This document shows positions 9,661 through 19,185 of a stretch of 64,000 nt of DNA, one piece after another (the first letter of the stretch is position 1; each line of letters begins with the position of its first letter). The stretch is taken from positions 4,427 to 68,426 of the IMG/VR virus record IMGVR_UViG_3300030333_005233. One strand, 5' to 3'. The notes under the pieces are model-generated. The model had not been told where the DNA came from. It saw only the letters and a program-made list of their open reading frames with translations, and did no database searches. The translations under genes and the position numbers were made by a program. Source of the DNA: a virus.

Positions 9661-11218
9661 CAGTGATTTCCTTTATCTTCATAAGTTTGTCTAGAAGGTT
9701 AATTCCTAGAACATCGAATTTTACATGACCCAGAGCTTCTAGATCAGACATTTCCAATCCTGCAATTTTTTCCACAGATCCTTTCTGTTTGACCATAGGG
9801 CAAACTGTATGTAGCGGTTCTTTTGATATCACTACTCCTGCTGCGTGTTTACCCTGAGTTTTAAATGTTCCTTCTATATCAATAGCTTGTTGAAAGTATT
9901 GAGCATAATCTCCATCAAGTTTACCTTCATCCGTAATGTGGCAGAAGTCTCTGAGATCGTCTGGGCGATTCATCAATGTCCACTTTATAATTGACCTATC
10001 TTCTTCATCCATCTCTGCCAACTGGTCAGATACATCTGCTTCATTGGGTATACTCTTTGTTATAGCATTCATCTCACTAAAAGAACAAGCATCATTTATT
10101 CTTAAAACTTCTTTTATAGCACTTCTTCCTTGCAATCTACCAAAAGTTAACATCTGACTAACATGCTCATTACCATATTTCTGTTTTAAATAATCTATAA
10201 CATCATCTCTACGTTTACCCGGAACATCCATGTCAATATCTGGTAAAGACACATTACCACCAGTATTTCTACCAGCATTGTAAAATCTTTCAAACAATAG
10301 GTCATACTCTACTGGGTCAATTTTCGTAATACCTATCAAATAAGATACAAGACATCCAGCAGCAGACCCTCTTCCCGGCCCAGCCAAGCAGCCCATATCT
10401 TTTTCTACGTGTCTAATAATGTCTTGAACAATTAGAAAGTAACCAAACAAGTCTGCATTTCTAATTACTTCTAATTCTTTGTGGAACCTATCCCCATATA
10501 TTTTTTGTTTACCCTTGTCGCCACCCACCTTTGCGTGAAGTAGTCTTTTGTATCCTTCTCTAGCCATGTTTGTAAGATATTGCTCTTGTGATAGACCATC
10601 TGGACATACAAATTTAGGAAGTATTGGCGGGCTTAGTATGTCATAGTCTTCACACGAATTATATATGTACTCTAATTCATTAGTTACTTTACCTTCTGTA
10701 ATACATTTATTATCTTTTGTAAAGTATTCTAGTACATCTTTCTCTAACGTATTTGACCTAATTTTACTTTTTATTTTAGGCAGTGTAGTTTTTAACGCTG
10801 AACACAATAGTATTCTGTGTAGCTTTGCGTGTTCTTTTTTTACGTAGTAAGATGGTTTGATATTATCCTTAGATTTATGTAGTGCAACCAGATTATTTCT
10901 ACTAACAATGTCTTTAGCCACGCTGCTAGGCATGTTACCGTTCTCATCTGTCATTGATACCATCTGTATAAGATCGTGCCATCCGTCTTTATTTTTAGCA
11001 TATACAGTAGTGTTATCAAATGAACACCCAATTATAGGCTTGACGCCAACCTTTTTACACGCTTGATGGAAAGACACTGCGCCTGATATAGACTTATAAT
11101 CTGTTATTCCACACGCTGGATAGTCGTTTTCCGCACAAGCTTTAGCTAGCTCATGTGGTTTTGAAAATCCTTTAAGTAGACTGTAATGTGTAAAATTCTT
11201 CAACGGGAACCAGTTCAT
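9650..11218 (-). CDS. dnaE: DNA polymerase III alpha (DnaE), N-terminal half: degenerate PHP, palm, thumb
   Basis: THYSLLKG, GPGRGSAAG, LLFERF, catalytic SLPDIDMD, HAAGVVI, KFDVLG; CAGGAG RBS. Confidence 0.93.
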   Translation of the reverse strand: MNWFPLKNFTHYSLLKGFSKPHELAKACAENDYPACGITDYKSISGAVSFHQACKKVGVKPIIGCSFDNTTVYAKNKDGWHDLIQMVSMTDENGNMPSSVAKDIVSRNNLVALHKSKDNIKPSYYVKKEHAKLHRILLCSALKTTLPKIKSKIRSNTLEKDVLEYFTKDNKCITEGKVTNELEYIYNSCEDYDILSPPILPKFVCPDGLSQEQYLTNMAREGYKRLLHAKVGGDKGKQKIYGDRFHKELEVIRNADLFGYFLIVQDIIRHVEKDMGCLAGPGRGSAAGCLVSYLIGITKIDPVEYDLLFERFYNAGRNTGGNVSLPDIDMDVPGKRRDDVIDYLKQKYGNEHVSQMLTFGRLQGRSAIKEVLRINDACSFSEMNAITKSIPNEADVSDQLAEMDEEDRSIIKWTLMNRPDDLRDFCHITDEGKLDGDYAQYFQQAIDIEGTFKTQGKHAAGVVISKEPLHTVCPMVKQKGSVEKIAGLEMSDLEALGHVKFDVLGINLLDKLMKIKEITDGK

Positions 11219-11249
11219 TCAAACTCCTGTATGCAAATGTCAAAATTAT

Positions 11250-11357
11250 TTATTTTTTAGGCGATGGTGGCAATGGTCTTTTTATAGGTTCTTGAGATCT
11301 AGGATTGGAAGTCAATGGGAAACTCTTTACCTTTTTGTTCTTTGCCTTGTTGCTCAT
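11250..11357 (-). CDS. Putative 35-aa Lys/Pro-rich microprotein
   Basis: Below ORF-track cutoff; AAGGAG RBS, then MSNKAKNKKVKSFPLTSNPRSQEPIKRPLPPSPKK*. Confidence 0.45.
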   Translation of the reverse strand: MSNKAKNKKVKSFPLTSNPRSQEPIKRPLPPSPKK

Positions 11358-11949
11358 TGATCTGCTCCTTCATTTTGGGATATAATTTACTAACAGCGAT
11401 TTTACTAGCATTGTTATCCGATGGGTAATGAACACCCTGTAATATTCTAGCTATTCCGCAGAGTTCTGCCAACCTAGAAAAATCTTCTTTGTATTGAGGG
11501 AATTTTTCAGTTAACATTTCTGCTGCTAAATAGCCATACATAGCATGTCCACTTGGGTAGGCGGGAGTATTATGAGTATCAGTATATATTGTTTGCATTT
11601 CAATATTATATTCTTTGGCAAGATCGTATGGTCTTGTTCTATTAAAATGATATTTCATTGCGTATGAATAATTTTCCATAACGTTCCAATATCTATCAAA
11701 TTCAACTCTTTTAACAATAATGTTTTTATCTTCCAAAAAATCCATGAAAATCAATAAAGGATCTTTGTCTACTTTCATTATAAGATCATAGGCTTCTGGG
11801 GATCTATTTCTAGTCGCATGTGCAATTAGTTCTAGTTCTTTTCTAGTCAACTCACTATCATCAGATGGTGGTTTTTTTAGTATCTCATCCCAATTATATT
11901 TTATATAGTGAGAACCAATGATGGCTGCTACTTCATTTATTAAGCTCAT
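11299..11949 (-). CDS. PAP2/vanadium haloperoxidase superfamily phosphatase
   Basis: KYHFNRTRP, PAYPSGHA, RILQGVHYPSD: the three PAP2 motifs. Confidence 0.88.
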   Translation of the reverse strand: MSLINEVAAIIGSHYIKYNWDEILKKPPSDDSELTRKELELIAHATRNRSPEAYDLIMKVDKDPLLIFMDFLEDKNIIVKRVEFDRYWNVMENYSYAMKYHFNRTRPYDLAKEYNIEMQTIYTDTHNTPAYPSGHAMYGYLAAEMLTEKFPQYKEDFSRLAELCGIARILQGVHYPSDNNASKIAVSKLYPKMKEQINEQQGKEQKGKEFPIDFQS

Positions 11950-12154
11950 TTTCTCTCTCTGTAAAATCTTTTTCTAGTCTGTGAACTAGCTTAGAACCCG
12001 CCTTACGTCTAAAACATGGTAAGAAGCCATGTATACATAAGTATACACCAGCTTTGATACAAAGTAGTCCATGACCCACTGCAAACCACCAATGTTCCCA
12101 GTAGGTCATGTTATTTTCTTCTAAATGTTCATACCATCTTTTACGTAAATTCAT
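11933..12154 (-). CDS. Small membrane-associated protein (DUF6356-like)
   Basis: HL...MTYWEH..FA...IHGFLP pattern. Confidence 0.6.
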   Translation of the reverse strand: MNLRKRWYEHLEENNMTYWEHWWFAVGHGLLCIKAGVYLCIHGFLPCFRRKAGSKLVHRLEKDFTERENELNK

Positions 12155-12157
12155 ATG

Positions 12158-13003
12158 CTAAAAACTTATACTTAAAGAACCGGCTTTTTCTTTTGGAAGT
12201 TTCATGATTTCTTCTAAAGTTGGAGCCTTTGTGTCAGGATTCATAGCCCATTCTATCTTCTCAGATTTAGCCCATTTTGACATCCTGCGAATTGGTACAA
12301 TTAAATTAAAAGTTTCTCCAGCACCTCTTACAAGCATACCAATGTATTGTCCATCTGTCAAGAATACGCCACCTCCAGAAGATCCGGGGAAAGCTGTTAC
12401 TGTCGTTTGATCAAACAATACTTTAGTGCTACTATTGAGTGCAAGCATTCTACCAACCTGACTCATGATTCCAGTTGTCATACTATTAGCACCGCTCTCA
12501 CCAAGTAATGAGCCTACGTGGTAAAGTTGTGTACCCAGTGGAAGACCTGTCCCTTCTTTGTCTTCATGAAATCTTGCCGATACGTTAACAAAATCATACT
12601 TTTTAATCATAAGTAACGCTAAGTCTTCGCCATTTGTTGCGTCACTATATTTGACGACAACGGCATCCATAGATAATTCACCAACTGTTTGACCGTCAGC
12701 TATCAATTTTTTGACAATCTGAACATCTTTAAACATTGGTTTCTTTAATGTCTTTCCGTCTATGTCTAGTATGCTGCGTACACTTCTAATTCCTTCTAGA
12801 ACATGAGCAGCGGTCCAGACAAAGTTTACTTTCTTTGGCCCATCGTCTGATTCTATTTCCCTAGTGAAAATTACTCCACTTCCAGATCCTCTTTCTGTTT
12901 TGATAGTCACACTGATGTTTTGTAAATATTCGCTAATGTTTTCTTCTGCTATGCTAATAGTAGCTACGCACATCAAAGCTGCCATCACTAGGTATTTAAA
13001 CAT
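12158..13003 (-). CDS. Secreted trypsin-like serine protease
   Basis: Signal peptide MFKYLVMAALMC; TAAHV, DLAL, PGSSGGGVF. Confidence 0.88.
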   Translation of the reverse strand: MFKYLVMAALMCVATISIAEENISEYLQNISVTIKTERGSGSGVIFTREIESDDGPKKVNFVWTAAHVLEGIRSVRSILDIDGKTLKKPMFKDVQIVKKLIADGQTVGELSMDAVVVKYSDATNGEDLALLMIKKYDFVNVSARFHEDKEGTGLPLGTQLYHVGSLLGESGANSMTTGIMSQVGRMLALNSSTKVLFDQTTVTAFPGSSGGGVFLTDGQYIGMLVRGAGETFNLIVPIRRMSKWAKSEKIEWAMNPDTKAPTLEEIMKLPKEKAGSLSISF

Positions 13004-13026
13004 GATACATCTCCTTCGCTTAAGTG

Positions 13027-13455
13027 TCATTTTGAACTTCTTGGATGTCCTTTTGGCAGCAAATCATTATCCTGTTTATAACCAGAATTTGAAGGTCTAC
13101 CTGTCCTAAGCAATGTAAGAAAAGCATTGACTCTTGCCATAGCCCAACCGTCTCTACTCATTTTAGGAGCATGAGAAGTGGAATACGCACCAGCACCTCT
13201 ACGGTATACTGCTTTCAGCATACCCAGTGTAGCCTTACTACCCTTACCTTTTTTATTGTGATCTGCTACCTTTTGCTTCAGTCTATCAGTAGTATTCTTA
13301 CTAAAAGTGACTTTGCCTTTATCGTCCTTAGCACTGTCTGGTTTATTTTTCTTACTGCCTTTTTTCTGATCCTTTTTAGGCGCAGGAGTTCTCCGTGGGT
13401 CTTTTGGTCCCGGTTTATCAGCTAATGATTTTGATATTTCTTCTATATATTTCAT
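13027..13455 (-). CDS. Basic phage protein (DUF5824-like domain)
   Basis: LKAVYRRGAGAYSTSHAP...WAMARVNAFL; AAGGAG RBS before MKYIEE. Confidence 0.6.
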   Translation of the reverse strand: MKYIEEISKSLADKPGPKDPRRTPAPKKDQKKGSKKNKPDSAKDDKGKVTFSKNTTDRLKQKVADHNKKGKGSKATLGMLKAVYRRGAGAYSTSHAPKMSRDGWAMARVNAFLTLLRTGRPSNSGYKQDNDLLPKGHPRSSK

Positions 13456-13466
13456 GATTTTCTCCT

Positions 13467-14105
13467 TTACCAAGCTCTGCAAGACCAATAACGTGCTTTC
13501 CAACGTGGACCCGGATTGTCGCAGTTATGTCTAGCTCTGAAGGACTTTCTTCTTGCAGGATTGTCCTTTTTAATCTCCATGTTAGGATCGCCAAAGTTAA
13601 CCTTGACAACATTACCCTTATCATTCTTTACGTACACGCTTCGTTTCTTAGGGCCATCAGGAGTCAAAAATGGTTTGCCAAGCTTTACCTTACGGCCTTG
13701 ATATTCTGCGGACTTGGCTTTTTTCCAAGCCTCTGGATCTGGCCTATCCTTATCACCCTTCTTTGCAGGCTTGTAATTCTTGCCTTCTCGCTCTTTCTTT
13801 TTGCGTATATTCTCCCACAGAGAAGCTACTTCAATTTCTTCTACCTCTTCACCAAAGTCCTCGTACTCAGCTTCAGCTGGTATATAAAAATTTTCTTCAG
13901 TTAGTTCTTCTTCGTATCCGTATTCTTTTACATATAATTGAAAGTCAGCTTGGGCTACCATGTCTAAATCTTCGCAGGCTTTACTTACACAAATTGCTGC
14001 TCTTTGAGATTTATCTGTATATTCTTTCTGCATGACTTGATCGCTCATACATCTAGACATAAAAGAGCTTCTGTCTTCACCTTCTTTTTTTGATGGAATT
14101 GGCAT
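13467..14105 (-). CDS. Modular phage protein with C-terminal DUF6321-like domain
   Basis: N-terminal MPIP..E....FMSRCM module; C-terminal VYVKN..GNVVKVNFGDPNM...RRKSFRARHNC...ARYWSC. Confidence 0.65.
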   Translation of the reverse strand: MPIPSKKEGEDRSSFMSRCMSDQVMQKEYTDKSQRAAICVSKACEDLDMVAQADFQLYVKEYGYEEELTEENFYIPAEAEYEDFGEEVEEIEVASLWENIRKKKEREGKNYKPAKKGDKDRPDPEAWKKAKSAEYQGRKVKLGKPFLTPDGPKKRSVYVKNDKGNVVKVNFGDPNMEIKKDNPARRKSFRARHNCDNPGPRWKARYWSCRAW

Positions 14106-14115
14106 AAATTTCTCC

Positions 14116-14976
14116 TTATAGTATTCGTTCTTTAGCCTTATGTAAAATATTATCTAAACTTTGTTTAGGTATTCTTTCTTTAAAGTTGTCATATATAGCT
14201 TGTATCATTGGATCATTTTCATCTTGTGTTAATTCTAACCATCCAATAAAATAATTCCAAATTCTATCTTCTAATACTAGTGGGTATGGTACTCCCGCTG
14301 GCCTGACAAATCTGTGCATCCATTTAAATCCCGGTACACAGACAGCTTTTCCTCCCATTTGTCTGAATTTTTGATGAATATAACCTTCTTCTCCTCCAAA
14401 TCCTTTAAATAGTTTATTAAATCCTCTCCAATTTCTGGTTTCACAAGAAAATACACCTAATCCCTGCATTGGTATTTCAAACGGCTTTCCTTTTTTGAGT
14501 GCTGCATGGTCTGTTTCCCATTTCCCGTACATATCTCCACCCCATTCTGGTTTAAAATGCGTTGATGGTGATTTGCAGTCGTCATAAATAAGAGGTCCAT
14601 GAACTATGTTTTGACACCCCATGACATTATCATCAGATGCATAATATTGTATAAGGCTTTCCAGAGCGTTTGGGAAAAACAACACATGAGAATCCATAGA
14701 AATGCAGTATTTTCCTGATGCATTTTTGAATATTTCATTTCTTACAGCAGTGCTTCTCCTCAGTGTGTATGGCACATATTTGCCATTTTTAATCCAATAT
14801 TCCACAAAACTTTTAACAGCTTTGCCATGCTCGCTGTCTGGATTATTGTCTACAACTACAATTTCTACTTCATCTGATAACGCTAATTTATGATATAATC
14901 TAAGGGCTTGTAGAGAGAAATAAACGCCTTCGTAGTCATCGTAAGTAGCCATCCCAATCGTCAGTAATTTTTCCAT
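14116..14976 (-). CDS. Glycosyltransferase family 2 (GT-A)
   Basis: LTIGMATY, IVVVDNN, ISMDSH, GFGGEE. Confidence 0.85.
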   Translation of the reverse strand: MEKLLTIGMATYDDYEGVYFSLQALRLYHKLALSDEVEIVVVDNNPDSEHGKAVKSFVEYWIKNGKYVPYTLRRSTAVRNEIFKNASGKYCISMDSHVLFFPNALESLIQYYASDDNVMGCQNIVHGPLIYDDCKSPSTHFKPEWGGDMYGKWETDHAALKKGKPFEIPMQGLGVFSCETRNWRGFNKLFKGFGGEEGYIHQKFRQMGGKAVCVPGFKWMHRFVRPAGVPYPLVLEDRIWNYFIGWLELTQDENDPMIQAIYDNFKERIPKQSLDNILHKAKERIL

Positions 14977-14980
14977 TTTT

Positions 14981-16018
14981 TTACCCCGGAGCTTCATAAA
15001 ATCCAATATCAAAGCCATCTCTGGTACAATCTTTGATAGTCTTTTCCATTCCGTGCTTTGAGAGGTATTCCTCTATAAATATACACATATTTTTATCTGT
15101 ATCAGGCCAGTTATTCTTGCAATAATGGCATAAATTCTTGCATTTCCAGTGTTTTCTGGACGGGTCTAGTGGTTGCGGATTTACATTTTCCCTTATCTCT
15201 GCTACCCGCTCTTTTAACATGCCTAAAAACCTTTCTTCGTCTTCTGGAGAAAAACAAAGGCTAAATGGACATGGGTCTGGCTTGCCCTCTGAATTTTTAT
15301 AGAAAAATATACTCATAATTCTATTAGGGAACTCTGGATATAGCTTAGAAATTGCATAATAATACAGTAATAATTGGGGGTCATTTTCTAATTTTTTATA
15401 ATCTTTTACCTCTCCAGTTACCCAATCCATCCGTCTACCAGTTTTCCAATCTACTGCTTCTATTGTGTCTTCGTTCACTAGTGTAACTAGGTCAATAGTG
15501 CCTTTTATTGCTAGTTGTCCTTGAAATTTCTTGCCATCTTTCTCGTACTCAAATTTAGCCCATTCTTCGTCTATTGGTATATCAAAGTGAGGTTCAGGAA
15601 AATGTATGTTTCTTAGCCTTGGGTCAAATTGACCATCGCTGTGTGTTAAAAATGTCCATACTGTTTTGGACACATCTTCAACATCGCCACTGTAAAATTT
15701 ATTATGAGAGTTCTTAGCATAAGCCTCTACGCTTAAACCTACTAGAACATTAACTAACTCTTTAGTATGTAGATCTTTTTTTTCGCACTTAAATTTTCCT
15801 ATTGCGTCATCATTTACTCTAAGATATTTTGCGTGTGGATGATCTTGTTCGTATTTTTTAAGACCAGCTAAAACTTCCATAACCTTGTGTGCCATTGTCC
15901 CCATGTCAGCTTTTTTACCGCTTTTAGATCTATGACCTAAGACGTATGTGATAAAATATTGCATCTGACAATATTCATAGTTATTATAACTTGATGATCT
16001 TACATAAGTAACTAACAT
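14981..16018 (-). CDS. PD-(D/E)xK exonuclease, Cas4/AddB-like with probable Fe-S cysteines
   Basis: N-terminal CQMQY, GTMAH, GTIDLV, VDWKTG, QLLLY, C-terminal CKNLCHYC; GGAG RBS. Confidence 0.85.
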   Translation of the reverse strand: MLVTYVRSSSYNNYEYCQMQYFITYVLGHRSKSGKKADMGTMAHKVMEVLAGLKKYEQDHPHAKYLRVNDDAIGKFKCEKKDLHTKELVNVLVGLSVEAYAKNSHNKFYSGDVEDVSKTVWTFLTHSDGQFDPRLRNIHFPEPHFDIPIDEEWAKFEYEKDGKKFQGQLAIKGTIDLVTLVNEDTIEAVDWKTGRRMDWVTGEVKDYKKLENDPQLLLYYYAISKLYPEFPNRIMSIFFYKNSEGKPDPCPFSLCFSPEDEERFLGMLKERVAEIRENVNPQPLDPSRKHWKCKNLCHYCKNNWPDTDKNMCIFIEEYLSKHGMEKTIKDCTRDGFDIGFYEAPG

Positions 16019-16722
16019 GAAACACTCCATAGTTCTTGTATTGAAGAAAGATCTGTACACATATCATTTATTGAGCCATTATTGTCTATAACATAGTCAA
16101 ATTTTTTCCAATCAAAATTGCTTTCATCTAGAGCGCATTCACATGGATGGTTGTCTGTGTAAATATCCCTAGTCAATCTGATTACAGTCCCGCCATTTTC
16201 GTGTATAGCTTTTACTTCATTAGGAAATCTTACGTCTGGAATAAGTGCTATCTCAGAACCCTCTGATACTATCTTCTTAATAGTAGCAGAAACCCATATA
16301 TCATCTTTGATTTTTCTCATAACATCTGTGCCAAAGTATTGCAAGAATTGTCTAGCAGTCATGCCATTGTATTGTGTCTGTGTATTTTTGTCGTTGTCAG
16401 TTCCGTAGACCTGCTTAGGATTTAAATCAAACAAATCAATACACAGTTGTTTAAGACAGTCTGCAAAATGATAGACTTTTATATAAGGCCACAACTCTCT
16501 TTCGGCATAATTTACATACGACAGGTCTTTCCTTGTTACGTCAAATACGCCCCATCCACCTAAGCCATTTTGATCTTTAGTTTTGATTTCTAGCTGTCCA
16601 TATTTGTTAATAATAAAATCATCAATCATATTCATGGTTTTTAAAACCCTGCCATTTATGAAGTTGGCAACAGTATTTTTACCAGCCTGTTTCCTGCCAG
16701 ATATTCCAATGATCTTAGTCAT
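16012..16722 (-). CDS. Deoxynucleoside monophosphate kinase (T4 gp1-like)
   Basis: IIGISGRKQAGKNT, FADCLK, RQFLQYFGTD, PDVRFPNE. Confidence 0.9.
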   Translation of the reverse strand: MTKIIGISGRKQAGKNTVANFINGRVLKTMNMIDDFIINKYGQLEIKTKDQNGLGGWGVFDVTRKDLSYVNYAERELWPYIKVYHFADCLKQLCIDLFDLNPKQVYGTDNDKNTQTQYNGMTARQFLQYFGTDVMRKIKDDIWVSATIKKIVSEGSEIALIPDVRFPNEVKAIHENGGTVIRLTRDIYTDNHPCECALDESNFDWKKFDYVIDNNGSINDMCTDLSSIQELWSVSC

Positions 16723-17747
16723 TAATATGTTCCCTCTAATTTTGAAAGTATATCTTTTTTAATCTTTTTAACACTCATATCGCCAACGTCTTTTTGTGAC
16801 AATTGTGGAAAGGTTAATTTATACATTCTTCCTAGCTGCCTTTTTATTTGCACCTTACATTCTCTTCCCGCTTGATCATTGTCTGTTAGTATTATTAAGT
16901 GTGTTACAGGCAGGCTCAATAGCTTTTGTTGTTGCTGCTCAGTAATTGTTTTACCAAATATGCTGACAACATTCTTAACTCCAGCTTCGTATAGTCTCCA
17001 GACATCTCCCTGCCCTTCTACGATGTACAGGCACGATGTTTCTGAGGCTCTCTTAACCGCTCTGTGATAGTTATAAAAACAATACCTCTTGTCAAACCCC
17101 TTTGGAGAAAATAAAAACTTTGGCATTCTATAATCTCGTATAGACCTGCCTATGATACCTATTAAATTTTTACCATCATCGTCATGTATTGGTATAATCG
17201 CTCTCTCTTTCATTATACCTTCTTGGTAACAATCTCCAACGCCAAAATATTTCATAGTCCTTTTGTTATAACCTCTAGTGTAGAAATATGGTGACGGAAT
17301 ATCTACATCTAGATCTAAAGAAATTATTTTATGTTTATGTGGTTTTTCTTTTTTATTTACAAGATTGACAACTTTGTATAGTAAGTCCTCTGTTTCTTCT
17401 TCTTTTGTTTCTTCTTTTGCTTTGTTGTACGTTCTGTTTATATTGAGTATTTTACACGCCCAATTTAGAGCATCTATAAACTCTACTTCTCGTCCCTCTT
17501 GTTTAGATAGAACGCCCATGATAAGACCAAACATATCATTTTTATACTCATCTTGACAATCTCTTGTCCAGCATTTCCATATCCCTTTCTGTATTGAAAA
17601 AGAAAATGCTCTTGGATTATCGCTACCCTCATGCACTGGGCATGTAGAATATATATTGTCGGAAAATACTTCGCACTTCATTCCAAGTTCTTGAAATACA
17701 AGTTCTGCATTCTCATTAAGCTTCTGTTTGATCTGCTGCAAATTCAT
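16722..17747 (-). CDS. DNA primase (CHC2 Zn finger + TOPRIM)
   Basis: CPVH...WKCWTRDC; IVEGQGDV; TDNDQAG. Confidence 0.9.
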   Translation of the reverse strand: MNLQQIKQKLNENAELVFQELGMKCEVFSDNIYSTCPVHEGSDNPRAFSFSIQKGIWKCWTRDCQDEYKNDMFGLIMGVLSKQEGREVEFIDALNWACKILNINRTYNKAKEETKEEETEDLLYKVVNLVNKKEKPHKHKIISLDLDVDIPSPYFYTRGYNKRTMKYFGVGDCYQEGIMKERAIIPIHDDDGKNLIGIIGRSIRDYRMPKFLFSPKGFDKRYCFYNYHRAVKRASETSCLYIVEGQGDVWRLYEAGVKNVVSIFGKTITEQQQQKLLSLPVTHLIILTDNDQAGRECKVQIKRQLGRMYKLTFPQLSQKDVGDMSVKKIKKDILSKLEGTY

Positions 17748-19185
17748 TTGATAATTTCTTCATGGCGTCATTGTTAACTAAACCAGTGTCTCCAACTGGC
17801 TGGTTTTTCATTTCATTTCTAGTTTGTAATTCTATTAACTTAGCGTGTGCGCCTTGCATCTGCATGTTAATATAATCACCGTCGTCTAGACCAGCACCGT
17901 GCCTAGACACAATAGGTACTAGTTTTCTGTTTCCTGAGTTTGGCCCATCTTCTGCAAGTTCTTCTGTAGATTTAGCTTTGAATATAGTAAAAGAAGTACA
18001 TAGCCATATGAGTCGGTCTGAGCCACTAACAGCGTCAGTACTTTCTTTAGTGATACCATCTCGATTTAATTGCACAAATGATAGACAAGGTATGTCTAGC
18101 TTAACGCATAAATTATGAAGAGAGGTAATTTGAAATCCTAGAGCCTGATATTCTTGAATATTATTCGTTATTGATGAGGATGACATCAGTTTGAGATAAT
18201 CATAGATGATTAGACATTCATTTGTTTTGCCTGTCTCATCTGTTTTTACTTCTTGGACTATCCACCGCTTGATCACATTTAGTATCTGTTCAAACGGTTT
18301 GCCAGCTACACTTACATAACTATATGGTATATTAGATAGTTTATCTATTGATTCTTGCACCTTATCTTGTTTATCTGAGTCTTCTGTGAACCTGCCTGTT
18401 GCCACTTCATTTATAGATACTCCACTTATATTAGCAATCAAACGGTTCAAGTGATCTTCTTTTGACATCTCCGTATCTAGAACTAAGACGGGTATGCCAA
18501 GAGAGGATACGTTAAGGGCAACATTGTCAGCGAATACTGATTTACCAACTTTTGGTCTTGCAGATATAAGGTCAACGCACTTACGTCGTAAGCCACCGCC
18601 AATAGCTTCATCGTATTTTGCGAATCCTGTCGGTACACCAATGATATCACATTTATTTTCGGACAAGAATTGAACATAGTCTTCTACTCCACTTCCAATT
18701 TTTTCTGGATGTTCCCCGCCATCGTCTTCCCTTAGAAAATCTGTAACAGGATCTTCTAGCTTTTGAATAATATCATTGACACTTTCTGACCCTGTAACGC
18801 CATCCATGTCTTTGCTGATTTTGCTAGTTAGTTTTTTTATATTCCTTGCAAACTCAAACTTTTTTATCTGCAACGCAAAATTAAAAACATTATCCTTATC
18901 AACAGGAAAGCTATTTAAAGAGTTGATATATTTTAACTCTTGTTGTGTATTGATGGTGTCAAGTACACCTATATGCTTTGCAGTAGATAATATAGAAGGT
19001 ATGTCAACTTTATGTTCATTTTTTATAACTTGCTCTATACATTTAAACAATACTTGATTGTTGACATTGCCAAAGCTTTCAGTTGTTATAAAGTCAGATA
19101 TAGTAACATACCCATCTACACCGTATTGCAACAGACCTGCTAATACGGCTCTTTCAGCGCCTATATCTAGTAGTTTTTCTTGCAT
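17716..19185 (-). CDS. dnaB: Replicative DNA helicase DnaB
   Basis: AERAVLA; GVPTGF; ARPKVGKS; DTEM; IYDYLKLM; QLNR. Confidence 0.93.
   Translation of the reverse strand: MQEKLLDIGAERAVLAGLLQYGVDGYVTISDFITTESFGNVNNQVLFKCIEQVIKNEHKVDIPSILSTAKHIGVLDTINTQQELKYINSLNSFPVDKDNVFNFALQIKKFEFARNIKKLTSKISKDMDGVTGSESVNDIIQKLEDPVTDFLREDDGGEHPEKIGSGVEDYVQFLSENKCDIIGVPTGFAKYDEAIGGGLRRKCVDLISARPKVGKSVFADNVALNVSSLGIPVLVLDTEMSKEDHLNRLIANISGVSINEVATGRFTEDSDKQDKVQESIDKLSNIPYSYVSVAGKPFEQILNVIKRWIVQEVKTDETGKTNECLIIYDYLKLMSSSSITNNIQEYQALGFQITSLHNLCVKLDIPCLSFVQLNRDGITKESTDAVSGSDRLIWLCTSFTIFKAKSTEELAEDGPNSGNRKLVPIVSRHGAGLDDGDYINMQMQGAHAKLIELQTRNEMKNQPVGDTGLVNNDAMKKLSNEFAADQTEA

Noticed and set aside
11233-11246. TTGACA upstream of dnaE-N as a promoter
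   Set aside because: No -10 element at proper spacing; the RBS follows almost immediately
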